A DNA stretch of 63,989 nucleotides from Gnetum montanum (GCA_015680685.1 MNCI01001492.1:451233-515221); one strand, 5' to 3'. Positions 26,174 through 39,620 are shown, counted from the stretch's first letter. Notes: generated by a model from the letters alone, not told the origin. A program made the numbers and translations.

Positions 26174-29100
26174 ATGTTTTGTGAGGAAGCGCTTCACGAT
26201 GGACAAGATGACCTAGAATCTCACTCTGAGGGAGGCAGTTATGTCGATTTCACCATGGCCCCTCCCTCCACAACGTCTCGTGTAAACCCATTGTTCATGG
26301 TCACCACGCCTTTGACAATTTCTAACATCGATTGAAGCCTGCATTCACTGTGTTTACCTTTTCTCTCCCCGACAATCTTCCTGGGCGATGGTCCATCACA
26401 GATCACTCCTCAGTAGGCGCAATTTCCTAATCCACCTCATTGTGTGCTTGCACCTACATCACCGCACGTACATGCAACACCCACATTGCAATTACCTACA
26501 ATACCAACCTTGCCCTCGATCCACACGACTGGAACAGCCACCACAGCATGGTGGGCTCCCAACATGCCTCCTGTCATGCATCCTATGTAGATGCCCCATC
26601 ATCTCCATCATCAAGGCTAGGTTCCACAAACGCTAAACCCAGCTACAGGATTGTTGCTCATGCCCTTGATTACACAAATAGCATACCCAATAGCACAAAC
26701 AATGGTGGCTACCCCATCTACACCGACCATTGGATGGTGGGTGCCACAAGCAGCACCACCTGTGAGAACCATTCCGATAGCACCAACCATCGGCCAACCT
26801 GCTACCTCCATTCTGCCACCCGGTGTGACTCCACTAGCCATTCCATAGACAACCTCATCGTCTATGGGTCCGGATCAAGCCTTACAGCTCATTCAGACCC
26901 TTACAGAGGAGGTTAAATACCTCAAGGATGCTGGTTCTAATGTGGTACAAGTCATGGATTTCTACCATGATGATCCTATTAGTCCGGTAATCCCTATCTC
27001 GTCCTTACCACCTGGGATGCCCCTTCCTCATTTCACAAAATACAATGGGGAAGGTGATCCCAATGCCCACCTGGTCACTTTTAGGTCAGAGTCCTTATTG
27101 TTGCAACAATGGCTGCATACTATAATCTGTGTCTTTGCTAACGGGTAAAGCTTTGGATTGGTATCGAGCACTTCCCCGTGCTTCCATTGCAACTTTGGAA
27201 GAGCTGCTAACTCAATTTGTGACGCACTTCAAATACAACCTGAAGCCAGAAGTCACACTTAGACTAGCTCATGGGAGTTAAGCAAGACCCACTCGAGTCA
27301 GTCCAAAAGTTCATAAAAAGGTGGAGTGCTACCTTGAAAAAAATTTGTGAACCCATCGCGGAGGCCCATCTACTGGCAATATTCAAGGGAGCAGTCAACG
27401 ACTTTATCAAGTCTAAGCTGTATTACCTCACCTCCCATTCCCTCAACCAAGCCTTTGCTCAGACTAAGAGCATCCAAGATGTGGAGGAGGCTAGTAAAGA
27501 TCCAGTGTACGTGGTCTACAAAAACATCCATAGCAAGGGTAAGGACAAAGGCAAAGCCACAATAGCGACAGTGGCGGCGGTTGCTGAAGGGGCCAAGAAA
27601 AAGAACAACAACAACAAGAAAACAACTGCAGAGCCAGCTTAGCCAAAAACCAGCTCAGGTGGCACCAATCAAGAAGCTACTTTCACCCCTGAAGCACCTC
27701 CAAAACCAAGGCAAAAATTTGAGAGTAAAGATCGCTCAAATTATGCAACTTTACCTATGAAGCCTTCAGAATTTCTGAAGCAATTATTGGGAACTGGTCA
27801 CATCCGACATAAGATAGTGTCTGAGGAGGCTCTAAAACGTCACAGGCATCACTGTGAGTTACTCAAGAATCCCTCCCTAGCCCAACCTAATGAACCGCCT
27901 ATTCCCAAGAACTTTAAGTTAGACCGATTCTGTGACTACCACCAATTGTGTGGCCATGACACAGATTACTGCTGGGTGTTGAAAGATGACATTCAATGTT
28001 TGATAGATCAAGGTGACTTGATCTTAGACAGTAGTAGCCCTACACGTCCAAAAAACTAGGCCTTGCATGTGTACCAAGAACCATTGAATGCAAGCAAAAC
28101 AGGGTATACAATCAACGTAGTAGGGGCAGAAGGTGATAATCAGACGTAGCTGAAATGGCCTTTCATATTGGGAATGCATCCTCACTCGTCCCAGACAACA
28201 GGTCCTCCAACATTGATGAGTAGTGCTCCAAGGAAACCTTTCATCCTCTGAACTTTGTCTCAGAATACTTCCCACCAGCCCCCTGTTATTGAAGCCATGG
28301 CCCAGCCCGCGCCTACACCCAAGGCACCCTTAGTCATCAGGGTGCCAAAATTATTAACTGCCACCCCTCCATAGAGGCAGTTTTCTAAGCAAAACCCTCT
28401 TACTGATACTGTTGATGCAGCCAAGAGCCCTCTTACGCTGGGGTTACCCAAACTTCAACCCCTCGCTTATGTACCCTTGGCCCCATTTGTTAAAAACAAA
28501 GAGGTCACACGAACACAACTATCTCCCCCAGGCCAAAGGAAGCATAACCCTTGGCCAAATGTCACTCCTCCTTGCAAAATTTACCTCTTAGGGTGGATGG
28601 AAGAGGAAAAGGGTGACAAGCAACTTGATCATGGGCGAGATCTCTTTGATGCCCTGGCACAAGTCAAACAGGCTTTGAAACAAAAAAACATAACATTGAG
28701 CCTTTATGACTTGCTAATGATGTCACAGACACATTGTGAGGCTATGGTTTGCATGCTAATGTCCATACCTGTGGACAAAAGCTTGCCAGCGGATGAAGAA
28801 GCAATCCATTCTATCATGCTTCCCCCCATTGCTAAAGAATCAAATCCCACCCCATTGACCTTTCATGACGAATCCATTAAGGACAATCCCGAGGGTCAAG
28901 TGACAATGACACCTATGTTCATCACTATCTGGGTTGGCCAACATCGAATCTGAAGAGTACATGTAGATGATGGGGCGGCCACTAATGTCATCCCTTATCC
29001 CATAGTGGATAAATTAGGCCTGATTGATCAAATCAGTCCCACAACGACGACATGCCTAAAGTCATTCAACAGGGCACAGGTGTAGGTTAAAGGGACCATC

Positions 29101-29517
29101 CACATCAACTTTGTAGCAGGGGACTAGTTCCCCACAGATGCTATGTTTATCATAGTCGAGGAGATGCCTGGATTCAATTTGATTCTTGGGAGATCTTGGT
29201 TAGCTCAACTGAGGGCAGTTTTGTCATCCATTCACCAGGAGATCCATTTGCCTTACGCAGGAGGAGAAGTGGTTATCCGCGGTGATGAAATAACCCCTCA
29301 GGCTGTTAATAACATAGAGACAGAACAAGGGTCGAAAATCGAAATGCCTGAGAATCAATCCTCTGCCCGAATACCCGAACAAGCTGAAATGGTGGCACAT
29401 GACAGCTTAACTTGGGCTGAACTACCATTCCAAGGAGAAGACTATGACACGAAAGAGAGGGGTCATAAGTCTCCCCGTCCTTACGCATCGTTAAAGATAA
29501 AGGCAATTAAGAAATAG
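26174..29517 (+). pseudogene. gag: Element C gag-protease
   Basis: Pro-rich N-terminus, FTKYNGEGDPNAHL, CDYHQLCGHDTDYC knuckle, VDDGAATNVI protease, FNLILGRSWL..SSIHQ. Confidence 0.92.
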
Positions 29518-29674
29518 CTACAGAGTTAGCAAGCAAACAATGTTGCCTAAATACTACACCTACTTCTCATGTTTATGCATGTATTTATGCTTTCCACTAG
29601 CTAGTCGCATTACGCTCATGTTTATATTTGTGTTTGGCTTTGCATTTCTATCTTTTTTACTCCTATTATACCAG

Positions 29675-30125
29675 GGCTCGAAATGGCCTTAAACTAGCAA
29701 CCTTATCTACACTTTACGTCAGAATTATGTAAAGGCCCGAAATGGCCCTAAACTAGCAACCTCATTTACGAATAGCACCTAAACCAACAACGGCCTGAAA
29801 TGGCCTTAAACTAGCAATCTCATTTACCCTTTGTACCTAAATCCCATTTACGCTTGGAACGCAAATTCCATTCACGCTTTATACCAGAATCCAATTTACG
29901 CTTACTCTTTATACCTTAAACTAAAAACAACAAAAAGGGGGCCCGAAACGACCGTAAACTTTTCGAGGCCCGAAATGGCCTCAAACTAGCAATGTCATTC
30001 ATGCTCTATAATTGAATTTCCTTAATGTTCTATACCAAAAATTCGTTTACGCTTGGCGCCTTAAACTAAAAAAGGCCCGAAATGGCCTTAAACTATACAA
30101 GGCCCGAAATGGCCTTAAACTAGCA
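29675..30125 (+). repeat. Array of GGCCCGAAATGGCCTTAAACTAGCAA units
   Basis: About seven copies visible after the protease stop. Confidence 0.9.
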
Positions 30126-30342
30126 ATGTCATTTATGCTTTACGTTTGGACAATTTAACAGCTCGTGACGGTTTCAAACTCTCAAAACTAATCACAATTT
30201 ATCATAACATTAAAACCTATGATACGTTTTTCATAAAGAGAAAAAATTAACACCAAAATTTGTTTCAAATACGTTAAAAGAAAAATAATATAGTCTCTTG
30301 TTTCATTAAACCACAATAAAACCCAAGGCTAATTTAGCCATG

Positions 30343-33300
30343 CTATGCATTCTCCTTGTTACCACTGTCTCCTGTATCCCCTAGTTCAGCTTCTACTTTG
30401 AGGAGGTCGTCCTCATAGGGGCCACCCTTTGCATGAGGGACCCCTTCATAAGGGCAGTCCTCTTCGTGAGGCTCTTCAGTACGTGCCATTTCCTGTAAAC
30501 CCTCTTCATGAGGATCATCACCTTTGTTAACTGCATCCTATTGAGGAATCTCCTTAGGTCACGTTGTTGTTAAAATTAAGTGTAACAAAACGCAATAATA
30601 CTACAACTTACCCGTGACGGTCCAACATCAACAACAAAGGGGACTTATTCTAAGCCAATCCACAGACGGTGCATGATGTTATCCTTGGTGAGCTCAGACC
30701 AAACCCTGTCCCCTAGATTAGTTCTAGCCTTGACCTTCCCCTTCTCCATAGGAGTCCATCGGGATGGTTCAGGGAAGAAAGAAGGGACGGTAGTCTTGCC
30801 TCCAGGGAGTGTCACTTCTCTTTCCGGAGAAGCACTCACCGTCACTTGCTCCTGGAATATTTCAAATGCCTTGGAAGCACCAATAATGTTGAGAAATAGT
30901 TGAAGGGATTGCCTCAACAGCAGAGTCCCTATAGTGTTGACGATAGGTAGCGCTTTCCTGTTTATAAACATGTTTATGATCCTTCTGCGTCTGCCCCCAC
31001 TCTTGTACACTCGCGCTATAGTCCTTCCAATCCTAGTTCTTCTGAGCAAGGAGGTCCATTTGAATACGTTGTTCAACTAGTTCACGGCTAGTTTGGATGC
31101 TGTTCCTGACAATAGCCCATAAATGGGCGTATTCAATGATAGCTGTCCTCCAGTCTTCACCTCCCATTTCTTGGCTTGCAGGAATTCATTTCGTGATCTT
31201 AGATCCCCAACCTCATCACGTAGAGCCATCCTCTCCTTCTCTGACCTTTGCAACCTCTTCCAGAGGTCCTCGTTTACGCTTTGACATTCCCACAAGGAGT
31301 GAGTTGAGCGTAAAGCACATTTACACATCTCATCGTAAATGTTGTATGACATGACGGTCGCTTCTGATGAGAACTCGGCAATGTCCAAATCGATGAGCTC
31401 TGATGGGTCCCATCTGAGGTGAGCTCCTAATAACATGAAAATAACAGTTAGACATAGTTAAGTAGCATAATGTCATAGTAAAACAACCTCTATGTAATGA
31501 ATATAGTGTACCAGCTTCAGGATCAATGTGCTCTAAGCGGCTGATCATGTCTTGGACGACCCCTTCCATAAAGGTGAATTTATCAGGAAATTCGCCCCAA
31601 GATTGAGTCGCCATTGTTGTCAAGGGCACGCTCGGGTCACCTATTACGCAGAATAAAAGGTATGACTGAGATAATACGATGACCAATACACCCAGATAGA
31701 AGTCGTCTAGGGCCTACTACTACATTGTAAAGAGACAAAAATTAATTTTATTAAGTAGCAAACTACTTGCCTCGGTTAATTCTAGTCGAAAGGACTTCGG
31801 CATTCTCCACAACTATTTCCTCTTCACGCGCAGGAGGCTGTGCACTCCTTGCCTTATTGACTGGGGCCTCTTCTTTTGAAATTAAGGCCCCTTCTTCACA
31901 CTATAAGATCATAGCCCCCATCTCAGGGGTCAACCGGTCTACAACCTTTTCCCTCATTGTCAGACAACATAGCTAGTTAACATAGGATTGCACTTTTTTG
32001 TTCAACAAATGTTACGCTACATAACGGAATCCCTACACAAACCATAACTGTCAATACATTTTCACACTTACAGCTTGGAGGGTTGCTCCTCTGAAACCTC
32101 ATCTGCATTTTCTTCTTGACATCACCCGCTGGCTCAGAAGATCCCTCGTTCAAATGAGGCTTCTTCCGTGGCACTGATGAATCCACTATCTCAACAGCCA
32201 GGCACTTCCCCATTGACACATCGCTAGTGTAAGAGGGGGGCACCCCACCCACACTATCTTGTCCTCATTTTTGAGGTGTCACCATACTTCTAGTTGTTAC
32301 CGACAATGACTCCCCAATTCCCTTAGGAGGGTCTTGCGACCGGATAGTGCTGAAAATATGGGAGATCCATGGTTTGGAGATCTAGTTGCGATCTTGTTGC
32401 ACCTAGATCCCATTCCTTTGGACCACCAGAAATTTAGTAAAATGCTAGAAGAAAGCTATGAAGAAGGAAAAATGCATGTTGAAATGGGTTTCAAGCTTCT
32501 GATGAAGCCTGATCATTTCAACGTGCAAGCCTTCGGCAAAATAGCTTGCCCAATTGAATTGCGTCCCCTCCTCTAAGACCTCTCGCATAATTCGGGCCTG
32601 CTCAATGGTGAGGAATCTCCCTTGCGAGAGTGTCTTGGGGAAGGCTCTGGCCCGAAAAAGGGGGTAAACAGTATGGGCCACTTCCAACTCAATCCTATTG
32701 TTGGGGATCCCCTTAGTTTCTTTTTGAACCCCTAGCCACTCCTCTATCTCTTTCTAGAGCTTGGAGCTCCTGTTTGACTTTTCATCTATAGAAAAACTGT
32801 TGGAGGAGACACCAAAGAGATCGGCGAATAGCTGAGCGTCAATGTCAAAATTTATGTGCACATTACGTATGCGTACGTAGAGACACTCAGCTTCCTCGCT
32901 AAAGGAGTTGACTAGGGCCAACATTTCACCTGCAGTAGCATCAAGGATTATGGCCAAGAAAAGGTCCATCAGTCTAGCTTCCTGAATGTTATTGGTTACT
33001 ACAATTGGGGCCGCTCTATGGCCGAGCCAACGTTGTGCCTCCTTTATGTCACCATAACGGAAGAAGAGACTGCTGGCATCGCAACCTGAAGCCATGATCG
33101 TAATCTCCTGTGATTCCATGACTATTAACATGAAACCAAAGTTAAACCAAGATAATTTCACATCATCATCACATAGTGACAAACATTGATACAATTCATC
33201 ATTTCGACAAAGCTTACTAGGCCTGAAAGGTAAAGGAAATGGAGGGACTTTTCTTTGAACATTGGCAGTAGTAAGGGGAGTATCCAAAGTCCACTACCTA

Positions 33301-34578
33301 TCCAGCCATCCGAGTTTCTTGCACCTAGAAAAGAAGTCAGCATAATGGGTAAGGTATTCTGGGATCTCGAAAGCCAGATGTTCCATGACGGCAGCCCGCA
33401 CGTTGCTGATAGAGGTAAACTCCCTTATAGCACTCTCGGCCAACGACAATGTATCATTATTGCCCATAAGACCGCTTTCATTGATAAAAAACCTACACCA
33501 GAAACACAAACAACTCTTTACACTCAATACACATCTAAACAATAGCTAGCATTACAATACCGCGAAGTGAAGTAAAACTTACCCACCTGCGTAATGCACA
33601 ATACCAGGTGGATTCTAGAAATAAGTTGTGGGATGACGGGCCACGAATAGAGTATTATAGGCATGATAACAATTAAACCTGGGCATTTCCTAGATCTAGT
33701 TTAAACACCTTAATCCTTTGACATTCTGTTCGCGGTTTTGCACCTGCACAGTTTCAATCGCACCGTCTGACAAAAACGCTAAAACACTCTGCGTTGAACC
33801 AACAAATAACATCTCTAAAATAGCTGCAGCTTCATTGCCTAGTAGATGCAACTAGACAATTACACTATAGTTGTGAAGTAAAAATTGAGAAAACCCCTGC
33901 ACGCCTTTTCGGAACCACGCCACCTCCTCCTTTAGAAGAGCGTGAGGAGGAGGAACATTGGTCGCGGGGGCATAAACGTAGCACAGAACGCCCACGATGT
34001 ACAAAATGATTAAGAAGGGATTTAGCATAATACTGTAAGATACAAATGCATTACTATTAGATAGAAGCTAGACATCAATATTAGCTATGCCACACTAGGG
34101 TTCACACAATTTCTAGAAAATTACAGCATATACTGGAGGTGCATAGCCAAAATCGCCTAAACCCTTGTAACAGCTCAAGGTCTATCTCTGACGACGGCGA
34201 TGAAAGCAAATACTACGTATTACTCTGATGCAATATATAATTATTATAGAAACTTTGATTACATTACATCTACACGCTATACATTATCTTTACACAACGC
34301 TATCTCGTATCATCTAAGCCTTCATAACAATAGTTTAGTTCGTGCAGATAGACGTTAACGCCATGATACAACATTAGAACCCAAAATAGACAAACCACGA
34401 AGCTGCAACAAACATGACAATAGCGTAAAAACAAAAAAAAGGGGTGAACAATGACTTACCGATTAAGCAGGGTAGCGTCCAAAGCTTCTACTCTGGCTTG
34501 TGAAACCTGCTGCACACTCTCCTGCATCTCATCTATCCTGGCCAACTTAGCATTCTTGCCTTTAACTGTGGGTGCCAT
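30343..34578 (-). pseudogene. Antisense multi-exon accessory gene in the gag-PR/pol spacer of element C (unknown protein, possibly plant-mobile-domain-like, with coiled coil and acidic tail)
   Basis: ATG at 34578 (MAPTVKGKNAKL...); GTAAGT donors at 34459, 33582, 32071, 30611; last intron 30538-30611; peptide homology to 48893-50895. Confidence 0.75.
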
Positions 34579-35176
34579 TATTGCAAAGGTCAAAATTGAA
34601 TAAAATCCTCATAAAATCATCTGCTCACGCCTTGCTCACGCTCTCTTCTCGCTATAACCAGGTCCAAATTAGCAAAATCGGTAACCTGTTTTGAGTATGA
34701 ACCACTGGTTTATAAACAAAATGCTCAAAACCAACTGATTGTTTCTACCTGATTAACACGGAACTTTCCCGAAACACAGGTGTTAGTATGACATAAAATG
34801 CAAAGATCTGGGCATTAATGCTGTAGATATTGTGCGAGTTATGGTCCGAAATGACCCTAAACTAATGCATAGCTTATCACCTCGTAATTCGGCCCGCATT
34901 AATTACGGTTAGCACGAAATTCAAAATTCAACCATTTCGGCACGTTAGACACACCACTTTACACTTTTCATCTCATTTCATACACTAGCATCTAGGCAGC
35001 TTAGCTTGACATTTCTTTTTACAAATTATGCATATTTGTAACGGTCCACTAAGACCTTAAACTGGAAATTTCTCTAACATGCAACTCTGATGCATAGAAA
35101 AACAAATTATCATCATTCAACAAATTGACAGTAAAGCAATATAACAACTTCCACTTTTTTTGGCATTTTTTTGCAG

Positions 35177-38100
35177 GGAAATCCACTCACAAATGGACGC
35201 AGCTTCATCCATACCCTTAGCCTTAATAGGATCATATGGGAAGATCATTAGACAGTGCGATCACACGCTAGTAGAAATAGACCATGTCCCTTATGATGCA
35301 ACCATAGCAACATTGGAAACATCCCCAGACTGGCCAGAACATCTGACCCGAACACTCGACTTAGAGGCTGGTGATGTAACTGAGGACCCTCTCAGTGAGG
35401 TCCCTGTGGTTACGCACAAGGGTGAAAATAAAATTCTTAGGGTTAGTTCTCTCCTAGATCAACAGACGGAGAGTGATATAGCCCAAGTGTTCCAAAACAA
35501 CGTTGCTATATTCGCATGGTCATATGAAGACATGCCGGGTTTAAACTTGAGATTAATACACCACAGCATAATCTTAGACTCGTGCGTCAAACCAATTAGA
35601 TAGAAGGCACGAAAGATTAAGCCGAAAATTATGCTAGTGGTGCGTAATGAAATCACCAATCTGTACCAGGCTAGTTTCATTCGCATAGTAGATTACTCAA
35701 ATTGGGTGTCCAACATTGCAGTTGTCTCTAAGAAAATGGGAGGCATATGCATCTGCATAGACTTTCGAGATCTGAATAGAGCTACGATTAAGGATAACTT
35801 CCCCTTACCAAGTATTGACCAACTGATCGACACAACCACTGGTCATGCACTCCTATCCTTTATGGATGGGTTTTCAGGCTATAATCAAATTCATATTAAC
35901 CTAGAGCACCAATTGACCACAACATTCATGATGCCCTGGGGGACCTTCTGTTACACCATGATGCCTTTTGGGTTAAAAAATGTCAGAGCAATGTATCAAC
36001 GAGCCATGACATATATCTTTAGCGATTATCTCTTAGGGAGATTGAATGACTACGTAGATGACATAGCTATCAAGTTTATAAAGTCAGAAGATCACTCAGA
36101 GGACCTGGAGTTAGTCCTTAAACGATGTCTCAAACATGACTTACAGCTTAACCCAAAGAAATGCGTGTTCAGAGTCAAAACTGGACACATGTTGGGGTTT
36201 GTGTATCAGAGACTGGCATCCAAGTCAACCCCGACAAGGTTAAGGCCATTGTTGATTTAAAGCCACCAAAAAATCTCAAAGAAGTACGTGGGTTACAAGG
36301 AAAACTACAGTTTATCAGGCGATTCATTTCGAAATTAACAGATAAATTACACCCTATGCAACACCTTTTGAAGAAGGGTGTTAACTTTGAATGGACCGAT
36401 GATTGCCAGTGTGCATTTGAAAATTTAAAAGAAGAGCTAAAACACCTACCAACAGTCTTCCTACCACAAAGGGATCAACCTTTCTACATTTATCTAGCTA
36501 ACTCTGACGTATCTATAGCCGTGCTACTTTGCCAAAAAAGGAACGATGTGTTAGAAGTCCCTATCTATTTACCTCAGTCATGCTCTATTTACATATGAAA
36601 CAAAGTACAACAAAGTAGAGCGTAGCTGTCTGGCATTAGTTTTCGCACTGAAGAAATGTAGACATTATCTTTTCCGTAGTAAGGTCAACATAATCTATAA
36701 AAATAAGGTTCTGTGGGCTATCTCCAACAATTTGTATGAAAGTAGTAGGATTGCTTGTTGGAAAGCTATCATAGCTAAGTTTGACTTACATTATGTTGGC
36801 CAGTCATCCACCAAAGATCAGGTCATAGCCGACCAGTTAGCAACGTCGCCGATTAACAATCAAGCTACAATAGAGTCGGAGTTTCCAGATGAACATGTAC
36901 ATAGTTTAAGCTCTATATCAACAGGCCTTGAAGTGACGTTATATTTTGACAGAGCTTCAACTACCAGAGACGACAGTGCCACCGCTGTTATTACGCTTTC
37001 CCCTGAGGATGTCTGTTCATTGGCTTATCACCTGACCTTTTCTTGTATAAACAACGTGGCAGAGTATGAGGGGCTCCTCAGAGGATTGTTAACAGTGAAA
37101 GAACTCAACGTTCAACACCTGGCAATTTGAGGCGATTTTTTATTGGTAATCAATCAAATCACAGGAGTCTATGCCTACAAGGCCATGCACCTACAACCTA
37201 ACCATGATATGGCTAAAGATCTCCTGAAACAATTCCTGACAACCGATGCCCAACACGTACCATGCAACGAAAATGCTGTTCTCGATGCACTGGCAACACT
37301 AGCGCTAAATGTGTCACCACACTTGTTTGCCACCTGGCTCGCTTTAATGGTAGAATGTATAGAGCCTGTCATTCAAACAACGTAGATTTCTTCATTAAGT
37401 GTAGGGGGAACGTCAGAATGGTATGACAACATTAAAACTTACCTTCTACATGGCGAACCACTGCACGAGTTAACACATGCGCAAAAAGATGCAGTGCGCA
37501 AGCGTGCCAGGAAATACATCATTCTTGGAGATAGTACTCTCTGTAGACGTTCCTTCGATGGGATATTGCTTACCTGCGTTAACAGTGATCAAGCACGGTG
37601 AATAGTTAATGAAGTCCACAAAGGGCTGTGCAGAGGACACATAGCCCCGCGGGCAATGACTGCTAAAATTAGACACTTAGGGTACTATTGGCTGTACATG
37701 GAAAAAGACTACCTTACCAAGGTTAAGACGTGTGACACGTGCCAGTGTTACGCAAATCTAATACACATGTCACCAACCGAGCTACACACTACTCAAATTA
37801 CTTGGAGATTCCAACAATGGGGACTGGACATCATAGGTCCCATCGCACCTAAATCTTCTGCAGGTCATAGCTTCATTATCACCACCACTGAGTATTTTAC
37901 AAAGTGGGTAGAGGCTATCCCCCTACGAAATATTACATCTCAACAAGTTTGCCATTTCATCTTAGACAATATTGTAACCAGATTTGGCCTCCCTATGACT
38001 ATTGTGACTAACAACGGACCACAATTTAGTAGCATAGAAACCAAATCTTTTTGCAATAATCTTGGTATTAAACAGTCTTTTTCTTCACCTTATTACTTGT

Positions 38101-38660
38101 AAGAAAATGGTCAGGTAGAGGCAACAAACAAGGTGATTATCAATTTACTCAAGAAGATGCTCAACAATAATAAGAAGCGGTGGCATGAAAAAATCCTCTA
38201 TGTGCTATGGGCGTATCGTACGACGTGCAGAACAACTATAGACAGGATTCCCTATAGCCTAGTCTACGGATTTGAAGTAGTGTTGCCATTGGAATTACAG
38301 GTTCCCTCATTGCGGATGGTCCTATCTACAGTTATAAATGAGACTCAACAAAATGAGTCTAGAATTATGGATTTAGACTTAGTGGAGGAGAAATGCATCC
38401 AGACACTTGACACCATCGAAAAATATCAGGATAAACAGAGACAAAAGCATCAGCACAACTTACATCAACAACCGATAGAGAAAGGAGACTTAGTTCTCAA
38501 GGCCATTCATGAACCAGTAGGTAAGTTCTCTATAAACTGGAAAGGTCCTTTCCTGGTCATCAGCGTATACGGCAACAGAGCATTCAAGTTAGCAGACATC
38601 AATGGCAACGAGTTATCAAACCTAGTAAATCATCTATATTTGAAGCGATATTACATCTAA
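35177..38660 (+). pseudogene. pol: Element C pol: RT-RH-aRH-integrase with few lesions
   Basis: CIDFRDLN, LSFMDGFSGYNQI, MPFGLKN, YVDD, LYFDRAS..NNVAEYEGL, WGLDIIGP, EYFTKWVEAIP, WKGPF. Confidence 0.96.
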
Positions 38661-38949
38661 ACATCAACTCAGCTCAAAATCAGGTAACAAATGTCTGCTA
38701 CGACGTAAAATTAACAGGTTCCATTCTACCTAGATGTTAAACCGGGACCACGGTCTGCTGAGACTTAAAATTAGCAACGACGGTCAACCAGGACCTAAAA
38801 CTAGAATCTGTCAACAAGCCATCCATGAAGCAAGCGAGTGTGATCATTCTTGTATAGCATCCCTACCAGATGGAGCGGGTAAGGCGTTGGAACAAACACA
38901 ATGCTGCTACCCTGCTGACATTCTGCTGATTCCTCGGATATACTGAAAA

Positions 38950-39620
38950 GCATACTACTAACTCCTCAGAGATGTTGCTACAATAGCCACTTCGTAGTTG
39001 CAACTCCTAGGATCAATTTCACTGCTTGGGACCCTTAAGAAACTATGGCCACCCATGGTCTCAGTGGCCTCCATCCATTGCCGTCACCAAATTCTGACTT
39101 CGCAGATGCACCTAACATCTTGTTTGCACAGTTCTGCGAGCAAGATGAATCTAGTTGTCAATGGAAACTTCAAGAACCAAGACATCAACATTGACACCCT
39201 AATTGTTTGCTGTGGTCCCTCTTTCATGGTCTCCACCCACCTTTTCGCTTTGGATGACACTTGTTTCAACAGCCTCCCTCCTTAGCGATCAGGACATTTG
39301 TTTCTGGCTTTCAGCTCTATGTTGTGTGTTGCAGGTTACTTGTTACGACGGTGTTGATCGAGGATACTGACATTGGAAGGTGAGGTGTTATGGTGTTTTG
39401 AGGTGACTGCTCAGACTAGTCTGGTCACTTGGAAGTGCAAACCCCACCTCTCCCTCCATCGGATGTCTTACCTTGTTTTTACCCTTTCCTTATCCTTTCC
39501 TTATCCTTACAACTATCCCACCTTCTTCTCTACTTGTACAGAACGTGAGTATTAAGTTAATACATTTTCATTGTCATGCCCATAAACTGGTGTAACATAG
39601 TTCGCCTTGTGGCATGCAAT
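38950..39620 (-). pseudogene. Antisense accessory ORF remnant in the 3' region of element C (ends approximate)
   Basis: EGEVGFALPS (near 39428-39457) and GDGNGWR (near 39070-39090). Confidence 0.55.
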
